Source: a virus
Taxonomy: Duplodnaviria > Caudoviricetes
IMG/VR virus record: IMGVR_UViG_3300036791_000807
Location: 1-59,374 of that record
Direction: 5' to 3' (one strand)
Length of the DNA stretch: 59,374 nucleotides
Shown piece by piece: positions 27,422 through 34,701 of this stretch. The notes below the pieces were generated by a model. It was not told the DNA's origin, made no database searches, and was given only the letters and a program-made list of their open reading frames with translations. The translations under genes and the position numbers were made by a program. How positions within the stretch are numbered: the first letter of the stretch is position 1; each line of letters begins with the position of its first letter.

Positions 27422-28230
27422 TACTTCGCTCCCTCGATGTAGCGGATCTGGAGCTTGCCGGTCTTGCGACCTCGGTTGTACATCTCGCAGATGTCCCGTG
27501 CCATCCAGTACATACGCGGGTGCCGCGAGTTGTACGCCTTGTCCTCGGCCCGACCGAGCAGGACTTGCGGGTTCTGTCCAGCAAGTATGTCGGTCAACCA
27601 GGCCATGTCCACGTCTTCGTCGCCAAAGCTCTGGAAGAACTTGCCGAGTCCACGAATCAACTCGCCTTCCTTGCCTTGCTTGCGGCCGAAGAAGCAGGCG
27701 CGCAGGACATGCAACGTTGGACTGAGGCTCTGCTTCCGCGCCAAACTACTCATGCGGTAAGCATCCTCGACGGCACGGATCGCCTGGAGCATGTTCTCCT
27801 GGCCTGCGCCGATGCCGAGCTTGTAGTCTTCCGACTCGACAATCCGATTGATGTCCATAGCCTCCCTGTTGCCGGTGACCAGGAGTGCGCGGAACTGGTA
27901 GAACGGGTGTACGCTGCGGCGATTGCGATTCTTCTTGTAGAAGAACATCGCCTCATCCGCGAGCGACATCCCCTTGTACACTGCGCACCAAGCTGCGTTC
28001 TTGAACTTCGTGCAGGCTTGGTAGCGCTGTGCTCCATCGAGGATGGCGTGTGTCCCGTTCTTCCGTTCAGCTACATCCAGCGCACCGACAAGAGTCTCGT
28101 CGAATTCAGCGATCAGCTTCTCGACAAAGACTTCCTGGGGTGGCCTCTGATATCGCAGATCGACTATAAGGTCATCGAGCGATATCAACTCGACCGTGAA
28201 CGGCCAATTGTTCACGATTCTTGTTGCCAT
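27421..28230 (-). CDS. ParB/Srx-like (DUF6551-type) protein
   Basis: LIVDLRYQR...ILDGAQR...EAMFFY.KN; start re-called to the ATG after AGGAGGGTACC. Confidence 0.75.
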   Translation of the reverse strand: MATRIVNNWPFTVELISLDDLIVDLRYQRPPQEVFVEKLIAEFDETLVGALDVAERKNGTHAILDGAQRYQACTKFKNAAWCAVYKGMSLADEAMFFYKKNRNRRSVHPFYQFRALLVTGNREAMDINRIVESEDYKLGIGAGQENMLQAIRAVEDAYRMSSLARKQSLSPTLHVLRACFFGRKQGKEGELIRGLGKFFQSFGDEDVDMAWLTDILAGQNPQVLLGRAEDKAYNSRHPRMYWMARDICEMYNRGRKTGKLQIRYIEGAK

Positions 28231-28232
28231 TT

Positions 28233-28303
28233 GGTACCCTCCTTTCGGGTCTGGACATGATGTCCGGGCGGCGCAGCTTGGTGTCTGCGTCCGCCGCACA
28301 TCA
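28233..28303 (-). promoter_or_regulatory. two-state stem + GGAGGGUACC element
   Basis: UGAUGU-G-CGG...CCG-G-ACAUCA; alternative GGACA-UCA-UGUCC. Confidence 0.75.
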
Positions 28304-28537
28304 GGTTCGTTCCTTCTCGTCCAAGAGGACGATGACACTGACTTCTCCGGCGATGAAGGCTTCATACGAGGCTGTGGCCTCAGCTTCTGTCGCGTAGTAG
28401 CAGTTGACCTTGCCGAACTCGTCCATGAACTCCAGACGAATTGTCTCGTCTGGATCTCCTGGTCTGTACCACTTGACTCGCCTGGAGTCTGGCTTCAGCG
28501 GCCGGTCACTCTGCCAGCTTTTGTGATACGCTCTCAT
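28301..28537 (-). CDS. hypothetical protein
   Basis: Coupled ORF. Confidence 0.6.
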   Translation of the reverse strand: MRAYHKSWQSDRPLKPDSRRVKWYRPGDPDETIRLEFMDEFGKVNCYYATEAEATASYEAFIAGEVSVIVLLDEKERT

Positions 28538-28731
28538 CGATTGCTCGGCGGGTTGTTCGCGAGGTCGTGAGCAGCCGCATCGTCTTCTGCCGGGTTGCGT
28601 GCGAGTCGATTCTCACCGACCCATCCACAAGCATCGCAGTGAGCGACATAGCCGACGAAGTTGTTGGCCACATTCACAACTCGACTTACTTCAGCGAGAT
28701 GGTAATCGTAGCCGACGCCGATGTCAGTCAT
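28534..28731 (-). CDS. hypothetical protein (CxxC)
   Basis: Coupled ORF containing HCDACGW. Confidence 0.6.
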   Translation of the reverse strand: MTDIGVGYDYHLAEVSRVVNVANNFVGYVAHCDACGWVGENRLARNPAEDDAAAHDLANNPPSNR

Positions 28732-29087
28732 GACTTCCTCAACTTATGACGGATCTCGGCCCGCTTGGCGAGGTATGTCCGAGCGCTGCAGTCTTGGTTC
28801 TCATAGAACCAGGGCTGCAACTCCTCTTCGATGTCGCTCTCCAGGCTGCTGATTGCCATATCGGCTTCGGCCTTGCCGTCGTTGAGACCTTCGGCATAGG
28901 CCAAATCATGAGTGATCTGGACGAGCTTGACGATGCCGTCGGTATCGTCCCACCACTCTTCGGGTAGGTGATCATCCGGTGCATGGTCAATCAAGACTTC
29001 CCAGAAATGTTCTTGCCGGAAGTCCTCTGGCCGGTTGCCAGGGACCATGGATTCTGAGACCCCTGGCGGTAGGTTTGAGCCTGTCAC
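28728..29087 (-). CDS. hypothetical protein
   Basis: N-terminal NLPPGV..VPGNRPED, a motif often seen in phage early proteins. Confidence 0.65.
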   Translation of the reverse strand: MTGSNLPPGVSESMVPGNRPEDFRQEHFWEVLIDHAPDDHLPEEWWDDTDGIVKLVQITHDLAYAEGLNDGKAEADMAISSLESDIEEELQPWFYENQDCSARTYLAKRAEIRHKLRKS

Positions 29088-29269
29088 GGTGTCACCATAT
29101 AGCCACCAGTGAACCGTGAGACGATGTGACCATCAACCGTCACGCCGTCCTCGGCGATGGCTTCCACGACAGCGTCGAGGTCGTCATACGCCCGATCAGC
29201 AACCTCAACGATTCTACAATCCTTGAGTGCCGAGTAGGTCTTGCCATCAGACAAAACCATTACATACAT
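29084..29269 (-). CDS. hypothetical protein
   Basis: ATG after AGGAGGGTACC. Confidence 0.65.
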   Translation of the reverse strand: MYVMVLSDGKTYSALKDCRIVEVADRAYDDLDAVVEAIAEDGVTVDGHIVSRFTGGYMVTP

Positions 29270-29272
29270 ATT

Positions 29273-29347
29273 GGTACCCTCCTTTCGTCCATGTTCAGTT
29301 TATCTGAACACGAGGCAATCCGGGTGACCCGGACTGCTTCCTGCTCA
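29273..29347 (-). promoter_or_regulatory. two-state stem + GGAGGGUACC element
   Basis: UGAGCA-G-GAAGCAGUCCGGG..CCCGGAUUGCCUC-G-UGUUCA; alternative GUGUUCAG-AUAAA-CUGAACAU. Confidence 0.8.
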
Positions 29348-29551
29348 GAGCCTGGAGACGATCTTGATTGGCTTCTCGCCAATCGAGCCATCCTCCTGCT
29401 CTGTGACCTCATCGACGACAACGGTCATCAGCAAGCTATCGTTCTTCTGCTGTTCGATCCTACATGAGAATCGCAACTCACTTCTGAACCAGATATCAAC
29501 AATGCTGAGATCGTCGTCGAGATCGACGGTGTAGTGAGAGACCTCGGTCAT
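29345..29551 (-). CDS. hypothetical acidic protein
   Basis: Coupled ORF. Confidence 0.6.
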   Translation of the reverse strand: MTEVSHYTVDLDDDLSIVDIWFRSELRFSCRIEQQKNDSLLMTVVVDEVTEQEDGSIGEKPIKIVSRL

Positions 29552-29919
29552 TAGAAGCCCATCAGGTTCATGAGGTCGTCCTCGGTTGCGCCGATCTCGT
29601 CCAGCCGCTTGTTGGCGGTCTCATCGTCAACCAGGCCGGTCTCGATCTCGACCATGAGAGCTTGAAGCTGAGCTTTCTTGGTCGGCCTTGCTTCCGGCTC
29701 AGCCTGGTCCTCTGTGATCCAGAGTTGGCCAGAGCCGGTGCCGAGATTTGGACTGGCTCGGTAGAGCTTCCAGTGCGTCTCGCAGCCGTTGGCCCAAGGC
29801 CCCATGATCGTTGCGAAGTCGTACGGGCCTGGCGTTCCATCCTCGCAGAAGTTGCAAGCAGGGATAGACGAGACTAGGATGACTTCGTGCGGAATCAGCT
29901 TCGGCATGTCAGTCAACAA
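29551..29919 (-). CDS. hypothetical Zn-binding protein
   Basis: CNFC..YDFAT..GPWANGC..H. Confidence 0.65.
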   Translation of the reverse strand: MLTDMPKLIPHEVILVSSIPACNFCEDGTPGPYDFATIMGPWANGCETHWKLYRASPNLGTGSGQLWITEDQAEPEARPTKKAQLQALMVEIETGLVDDETANKRLDEIGATEDDLMNLMGF

Positions 29920-30181
29920 CCCAGCCGTCAGCCTGAATGGCCTTGACGTCGGCGTAGACGATCTTCTTGCTTTCGTCCTTCATGTCGATTGTGCTGTACA
30001 TCGACTGCAGGAAGACCGTTGTCAGATGCCCTTCGACGGCCATCATGACGCCGACCTCGATCTGACCTTCCCACTTGGGATCGCTCCGCTTGACGGGCAG
30101 ACGCGGCCAGTAGGGCCACTCTATCGGAGAGGACATCATTTCCATGTCCTTCTCCGCGCCGTACATTGGCGTTAGTGCCAT
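29909..30181 (-). CDS. hypothetical protein
   Basis: ATG after AGGAGGGTACC; WPYWPRLPVKR...GWVVD. Confidence 0.7.
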   Translation of the reverse strand: MALTPMYGAEKDMEMMSSPIEWPYWPRLPVKRSDPKWEGQIEVGVMMAVEGHLTTVFLQSMYSTIDMKDESKKIVYADVKAIQADGWVVD

Positions 30182-30254
30182 GGTACCCTCCTTTGGCCGT
30201 GTTCAGGTTATTCTGAACACGAGGCAACCGTTCGTGACGGCTGCTTCCTGCTCA
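30182..30254 (-). promoter_or_regulatory. two-state stem + GGAGGGUACC element
   Basis: Same lower stem as the 26343 and 29273 copies with a different upper stem (GCCGU..ACGGU). Confidence 0.8.
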
Positions 30255-30437
30255 GATGACGCGAAGTTCATCCATTACAACTTTATACTCGATGCCGTAG
30301 CGGGTGACGATAACTGCGTCGCCTGTACTTTTGCTAACGGCTTCACCTTCCCATTGAGCATGAATGTGTCTGACCTTGGAGCCGACGTAGATCGGCTCCA
30401 GGTCAGCGTCATACCCTATTGAGGAGTCTTGCGGCAT
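30252..30437 (-). CDS. hypothetical small beta protein
   Basis: IYVGSKVRH pattern; start uncertain. Confidence 0.5.
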   Translation of the reverse strand: MPQDSSIGYDADLEPIYVGSKVRHIHAQWEGEAVSKSTGDAVIVTRYGIEYKVVMDELRVI

Positions 30438-30693
30438 TGCCAAGTGCCTCCCGCTTGAGGCGGTGGACACTGTAGGTATGCGTATTGACGTGACCGCGAT
30501 GTCCCTTCACGACGTACTTGTTACGCAGGGAGTCATCTTCGGTATGGCAACCGTGAGTCTCGATCACCATCACGTCCTTGCCGTTCTTCTGAATCGCCGT
30601 GCCCCAGACCGGCGGCCAACCCTCGATGAAGTATTCCTCGATGGTGTAGCCCAACGCGGCGAATGCATCGCGATGTCTTTTGCGAGTTGCCAT
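30409..30693 (-). CDS. hypothetical protein
   Basis: Coupled ORF. Confidence 0.6.
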   Translation of the reverse strand: MATRKRHRDAFAALGYTIEEYFIEGWPPVWGTAIQKNGKDVMVIETHGCHTEDDSLRNKYVVKGHRGHVNTHTYSVHRLKREALGNAARLLNRV

Positions 30694-31238
30694 TACTGGT
30701 CACCTCGGCAGACCGGGCCAATGCCCAGTTCTCTCGATGTCTCGTCTGTGAGAGTGCGACCGCAGACATAGCAGCGGCCGATCTCGCGTCCGAACCTGGG
30801 TCCGGCATCGTCGTCCTTTTCGATGGCTGTGAGAATCCGCAGCCGCTCGGCGAGGTTCTGAACCGGCCAACGAGCATCGCTCGCCCATACATCGACAAAC
30901 GTCTTGCTGTGCCCGTTCTTGATCGAGTAGAACATCAGCGTGCCATCCTCTTTCTCGATGGCGTAGCGTCCGTCAGCGACCTGCGGCCAACCCTTCTGGG
31001 GTGAACCGGCCTGCTTGTCCTTCGGCTTCCAGGGCAGAGCGACGAGTTGCTCGATGACCGAGCTTGCTCGCCGCTTCGGCACTGTTGCGAAGTCCGTATT
31101 GCAGAGCCAGCTGATCTGCTCCTGCGTCAAGCTGGAGAGATCCTTGCCATCCCGCAATGCACTCATGTAGCTTATCTGAGGCTCTGTTGCGAGCGGTTCC
31201 TCATTTCTGAGGTGGTCTGGTATTGCAGACCTCTTCAT
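30693..31238 (-). CDS. DUF6011-domain protein
   Basis: GRCYVCGRTLTDETSRELGIGPVC. Confidence 0.8.
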   Translation of the reverse strand: MKRSAIPDHLRNEEPLATEPQISYMSALRDGKDLSSLTQEQISWLCNTDFATVPKRRASSVIEQLVALPWKPKDKQAGSPQKGWPQVADGRYAIEKEDGTLMFYSIKNGHSKTFVDVWASDARWPVQNLAERLRILTAIEKDDDAGPRFGREIGRCYVCGRTLTDETSRELGIGPVCRGDQ

Positions 31239-31240
31239 TT

Positions 31241-31312
31241 GGTACCCTCCATTCGGTCCGCACTCATTATTGAGTACGAGGAGGCCATCTTGCGATGGCT
31301 ACCTCCTACTCA
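31241..31312 (-). promoter_or_regulatory. two-state stem + GGAGGGUACC element
   Basis: UGAGUA-G-GAGG..CCUC-G-UACUCA; alternative GUACUCA-AUAA-UGAGUGC (covaries with the other copies). Confidence 0.8.
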
Positions 31313-31408
31313 GGCCTTTTTGGCGGCCTTGACCATTGCTGCGCCGACGTTGCCGAAGTTCGACTGCTTCGGATGGATGATCTGGTCGGCGATCTTGTTC
31401 TTCGTCAT
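31310..31408 (-). CDS. 32-aa basic peptide
   Basis: Read manually: MTKNKIADQIIHPKQSNFGNVGAAMVKAAKKA; bracketed by two elements. Confidence 0.65.
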   Translation of the reverse strand: MTKNKIADQIIHPKQSNFGNVGAAMVKAAKKA

Positions 31409-31411
31409 TTC

Positions 31412-31478
31412 GGTACCCTCCTTGTAATCGTGCCCAGATGAGCACGAGGCAACGGGGGATGCCCGTTGCTTCCTGCTA
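31412..31478 (-). promoter_or_regulatory. two-state stem + GGAGGGUACC element
   Basis: UAGCA-G-GAAGCAACGGG..CCCGUUGCCUC-G-UGCU; alternative CGUGCUCA..UGGGCACG. Confidence 0.75.
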
Positions 31479-31556
31479 CCGAGCGGCTATTGCGAGCCAG
31501 GCGAACACAATCGTGAGCCACGGGGTCATAAGGCAGATCCACATGACATCGGTCAT
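31476..31556 (-). CDS. 26-aa membrane peptide
   Basis: Read manually: MTDVMWICLMTPWLTIVFAWLAIAAR. Confidence 0.5.
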   Translation of the reverse strand: MTDVMWICLMTPWLTIVFAWLAIAAR

Positions 31557-31729
31557 GACTCGTTCAATCCGAACGCCGTTGGGTCGGACTCGACAACGTC
31601 GAGATCGACGACGTCACCTTCCTTGAGGTTTGGGTGCTTCTTCGGATCCAACGTTCGGACTTCGTTGAAGCCGTCCTTGACGAAGATAACTTCATCGCGG
31701 ACCTGGATGACGGTCGCGTTGTACGTCAC
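31553..31729 (-). CDS. hypothetical small OB-like protein
   Basis: GTG start overlapping the upstream TGA; LKEGDVVDL. Confidence 0.55.
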   Translation of the reverse strand: MTYNATVIQVRDEVIFVKDGFNEVRTLDPKKHPNLKEGDVVDLDVVESDPTAFGLNES

Positions 31730-31875
31730 GAGATGCGGCCCATCATGAAGTCGCCATACCAGCGAGGCATGCTCGTCCACTTGATGACGCCGAAGTGGCT
31801 CGTGAGCGTGCGGCTGTTGAGGACGCGCTTCTGGATGGGGCGCTTGGTCGCGACCCTGCGGTGATGAACTCTCAT
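31726..31875 (-). CDS. 49-aa basic protein
   Basis: Read manually (MRVHHRRVATKRPIQKR...) after AGGAGGGTACC. Confidence 0.6.
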   Translation of the reverse strand: MRVHHRRVATKRPIQKRVLNSRTLTSHFGVIKWTSMPRWYGDFMMGRIS

Positions 31876-31878
31876 TTC

Positions 31879-31947
31879 GGTACCCTCCTTGTATTGGCAG
31901 CCTTTTGGCTACCGGGATGTCGCTCGGTGAGCGACTCCCGCTAGTCA
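31879..31947 (-). promoter_or_regulatory. two-state stem + GGAGGGUACC element
   Basis: UGACUA-G-CGGGA..UCCCG-G-UAGCCA; alternative GGUAGCC-AAAA-GGCUGCC. Confidence 0.75.
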
Positions 31948-32166
31948 ACTAGCCTTGAGCTTCGGGTTGATCCTGCCGAGCGCGGCGTTGATCTTGCCGA
32001 GCGTATGCTCGTGGTTATCAACTGCCTCGTCGATCAACATGGCCGGAATGCCGTTCTTGGGTAGCTTACGTTTTGACGCTTTTGCGTCCTTGATCCTGGC
32101 CTCGATGAGAGACCTGATGTTGAGAAGGTCAAGCGCGTCGAGCGTAATGCTCGTCTCTTTGTACAT
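31945..32166 (-). CDS. hypothetical protein
   Basis: ATG after AGGAGGGTACC. Confidence 0.7.
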   Translation of the reverse strand: MYKETSITLDALDLLNIRSLIEARIKDAKASKRKLPKNGIPAMLIDEAVDNHEHTLGKINAALGRINPKLKAS

Positions 32167-32169
32167 TTC

Positions 32170-32243
32170 GGTACCCTCCTTATTTTGATAGCCGGTTGAC
32201 TACCGGGCGGCATCGCTTGGTTATCGATGACCGCCGCTAGTCA
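32170..32243 (-). promoter_or_regulatory. two-state stem + GGAGGGUACC element
   Basis: UGACUA-G-CGG..CCG-G-UAGUCA; alternative GGUAGUC-AACC-GGCUAUC. Confidence 0.75.
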
Positions 32244-32510
32244 CGACTTGATCGACTTGATCCAGTCAAATATCGAGCGAACTGCCGCTCCGATGTCGTT
32301 CTCCAACTCCATCGCAGCGTCGCCGCCGGTCTCGGTATGGGGCTCGTACAACTCCCAATCGTTGCCTCTTCCCATCGCAGAGTAGAGCTTGCCGTCGCGT
32401 TCTTCCCAACGGATCTTGCCGTACTCGGCATCGTTCGAGGTGACTTCGATCCATCCGTCGGTCAGGTCGATCTCGATGCCTAGCAGATATGAAGTAAATG
32501 GCGTCTTCAT
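32241..32510 (-). CDS. hypothetical acidic protein
   Basis: Start MKTPFTSY overlaps the upstream stop. Confidence 0.6.
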   Translation of the reverse strand: MKTPFTSYLLGIEIDLTDGWIEVTSNDAEYGKIRWEERDGKLYSAMGRGNDWELYEPHTETGGDAAMELENDIGAAVRSIFDWIKSIKS

Positions 32511-32905
32511 TCGCTTTTGGCCTCGTTGTAGTCCGCGAGCAACTGCTCGACATTGTAACCGTACGGATGGAACCCGAGGTCCCATTGCGCGTTGAAGGAG
32601 CGGCGTAGCACCGGCTCAAGCAGATCGCAGCCGGCATACGCAACCCAAGCGCCTTCTTTGGGGTTCTCGGTCTCGTCGATGATCGCCGAGATCCAATCGC
32701 GGATCTCCTTGAGCATGTCAAGATCGTTCTTCTTGAGTCCGCCCTCATCGCGGATCGTCGTCATACCCGAGAACGGGTATTGGGCGGCTGCCATGAGGCC
32801 GCTTCCCGGTTGCGAATCGCGATATTGATCTGAGCCTACCTCGTTGCCGAGGTAGTTGTCGAGCGCCCATTTCTTCACTTCTTGAGGTAGCTCCTCGATC
32901 TTCAT
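32507..32905 (-). CDS. hypothetical protein
   Basis: Start MKIEELPQEVK after GGAGGGTACC. Confidence 0.7.
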   Translation of the reverse strand: MKIEELPQEVKKWALDNYLGNEVGSDQYRDSQPGSGLMAAAQYPFSGMTTIRDEGGLKKNDLDMLKEIRDWISAIIDETENPKEGAWVAYAGCDLLEPVLRRSFNAQWDLGFHPYGYNVEQLLADYNEAKSE

Positions 32906-32908
32906 TTT

Positions 32909-32979
32909 GGTACCCTCCATTTCGGCTTTTCGCACTCGGTTGAGTACGAGGAGGGGCGGATTTGCCGCCCTACCTCCTA
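32909..32979 (-). promoter_or_regulatory. two-state stem + GGAGGGUACC element
   Basis: UA-G-GAGG..CCUC-G-UA; alternative CGUACUC-AACC-GAGUGCG. Confidence 0.7.
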
Positions 32980-33270
32980 GTCTCCGATGTGCGCGAGGCA
33001 CAAGTGTTTTGAACCTTTCTTCACTTGCGCTCTCGCTTTACATCTCGTTCCGCCTACTTGGATCATCAAGGTGTAATGCGTTCCGTCCTTCCGCTTGCGC
33101 CGGATCGGGACTTTCTTGCCGCCCTCGACATGAGCGCAGATTGAATTCGGAAGCCGCTCGGACGGCTTGTTCTTCCGTCCAACGAACTTCGGAGCCATCG
33201 GGCTAAGTTGCCCTCTTGGCGTTACGTCCGCCTTGATCTGCGCGCGGAGCTTTCTTGTCGCTTTGTCCAT
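32977..33270 (-). CDS. basic Cys/His protein, first gene of the early operon
   Basis: C..H / C..C..H residues, very K/R rich; AGGAGGGTACC RBS. Confidence 0.7.
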   Translation of the reverse strand: MDKATRKLRAQIKADVTPRGQLSPMAPKFVGRKNKPSERLPNSICAHVEGGKKVPIRRKRKDGTHYTLMIQVGGTRCKARAQVKKGSKHLCLAHIGD

Positions 33271-33271
33271 C

Positions 33272-33348
33272 GGTACCCTCCTTTTTGAACGGGGATCCGT
33301 TCATCCAGCGGGGGTTTCGCGTTCGCGATTTGCCCGCTCGATGAACGG
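33272..33348 (-). promoter_or_regulatory. two-state stem + GGAGGGUACC element (leader copy)
   Basis: CCGUUCAUC-G-AGCGGG..CCCGCU-G-GAUGAACGG; alternative UGAACGG-AUCC-CCGUUCA. Confidence 0.75.
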
Positions 33349-33802
33349 AGGGATGACGTCGGGATGACGCCTTCCCTCCGTTCGGCCGTAAGGAGGGGGT
33401 ACCAATCCCCTCAAGTCCGCCCGTAGCTCCCTGCGATGTACGGTTGCGCGTTTCTCTCTCCTTCGGTTCGCGTCCTCATCCTCCGTTACTCGGTTCTTCA
33501 AGAGTTCTTTTCACGGCCCTTTGGTGGCGGATTGTCTACCGCGCTCGCTCGCCTCGGAGTACGCGGCCCCGATGTTGTCGAGGGCGCTACGTCCGGACTT
33601 GGGTTCTCGTTTTCAAAGATCGGCGATCTTTGTAGCTCGGATCTAACCTCTTCCGCCAACTTTCGGCGGCCCTCGCGTCCCGGCGTTTCAACCTAGCTTG
33701 AAAGGATTCGGGTCTCTTCCCGCACATCCGTACCTAATCATCTTTCGGCGGTTCTATGCGGTAGTCGGGGGTTCTCGGGCCTCGCGTGGCGAGGACTTGT
33801 CG

Positions 33803-33831
33803 AGTATGCCCTACCGGGTATCGGGGGTCTA
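33803..33831 (-). promoter_or_regulatory. possible early promoter
   Basis: TAGACC-N17-CATACT on the minus strand. Confidence 0.4.
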
Positions 33832-33931
33832 CGCGCGACGAAATGTCGTCCTTTTTCGGGGCGACTCGCGCGGATCCAAGTTTTCAAAGTTCGGGGTTCC
33901 GGGGCGTCCTCGGGAGGACTCCCCTACGGGG

Positions 33932-33960
33932 AGTCTACCGGAATCAATACGTGACGTCTA
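33932..33960 (-). promoter_or_regulatory. early leftward promoter
   Basis: TAGACG-tcacgtattgattccgg(17)-TAGACT on the minus strand. Confidence 0.65.
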
Positions 33961-33999
33961 GTCGATCAACTACTGAGTTTCGCGTGTGGCGGGAAAGCT

Positions 34000-34490
34000 T
34001 GAGTTGGTTGTGAGAGAGGCTGAAAATGTGGCAAATGTGGGTGTTTCGACATGAATTGTCGTCCTTTACACACGATTGTCGTCCTTTTTGGTGGGTGTTA
34101 CGTGGTCAATATACACCCTCATCTAGCTTCTTTGACTTGATATGATATGGATCAGACGATTTACACGTTCATGTGGTCATTAAAATGCCGGTTTCGCAGG
34201 CTTCTGATGTCTTGAGTTGTCGCTCGGGCTGGTCACATTGACATGAGTTGTGATGTGGGGTGGGGGTCTGGTTCTGTCACATGTCAAGTCATTGGACACG
34301 CCTCGGCTGGTCGAGGTGTCGCATGACTTGAGTTGTGACGCTCGACCATGGCCGAGGCGATGGTTGAACAGCCGTCTGGTCCTTGTCGGGCGTTCAATGT
34401 TCACCCGCATGGTCATTCAATTGCCAGTTTTGCAGGCTTCTGATGACTTGAGTTGAGCGTTGAGTTGAGTTGACTTGAGTTGTCACGGGC
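34000..34490. repeat. TG-rich non-coding tract with a 46-bp direct repeat and TGAGTTG iterations
   Basis: 34174-34219 and 34410-34455 match at 41/46 positions; TGAGTTG occurs near 34213, 34244, 34329 and clusters at 34448-34482. Confidence 0.75.
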
Positions 34491-34701
34491 CCAAGCCTCA
34501 CGCCGCCAAACCATCTCAAGCCCCGAACCATTTCAACTCAAAACAATTCGCGCGGCAAAACATCTCGACGCCAAATCAACCTCGCGCGAACTAAACGAAA
34601 GTCTAGTAAAACCCCCCGTACGGGGGAGGCGGCTACGGACTCCCTACCGGTACCCTACGGTCGTAGGGCGGATCCGCCGCCCCGAGTAAAGGAGAAAGAC
34701 G

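Noticed and set aside
27421-28230. ParB-like gene as a sign of a plasmid-prophage lifestyle
   Set aside because: There is no ParA, repressor/integrase module or parS-like array, and the gene sits among lytic early genes.
22796-33348. Repeated intergenic elements as a CRISPR array or hammerhead ribozymes
   Set aside because: The copies are separated by whole genes and conserve structure rather than sequence. No conserved CUGANGA/GAAA hammerhead core is present across copies.
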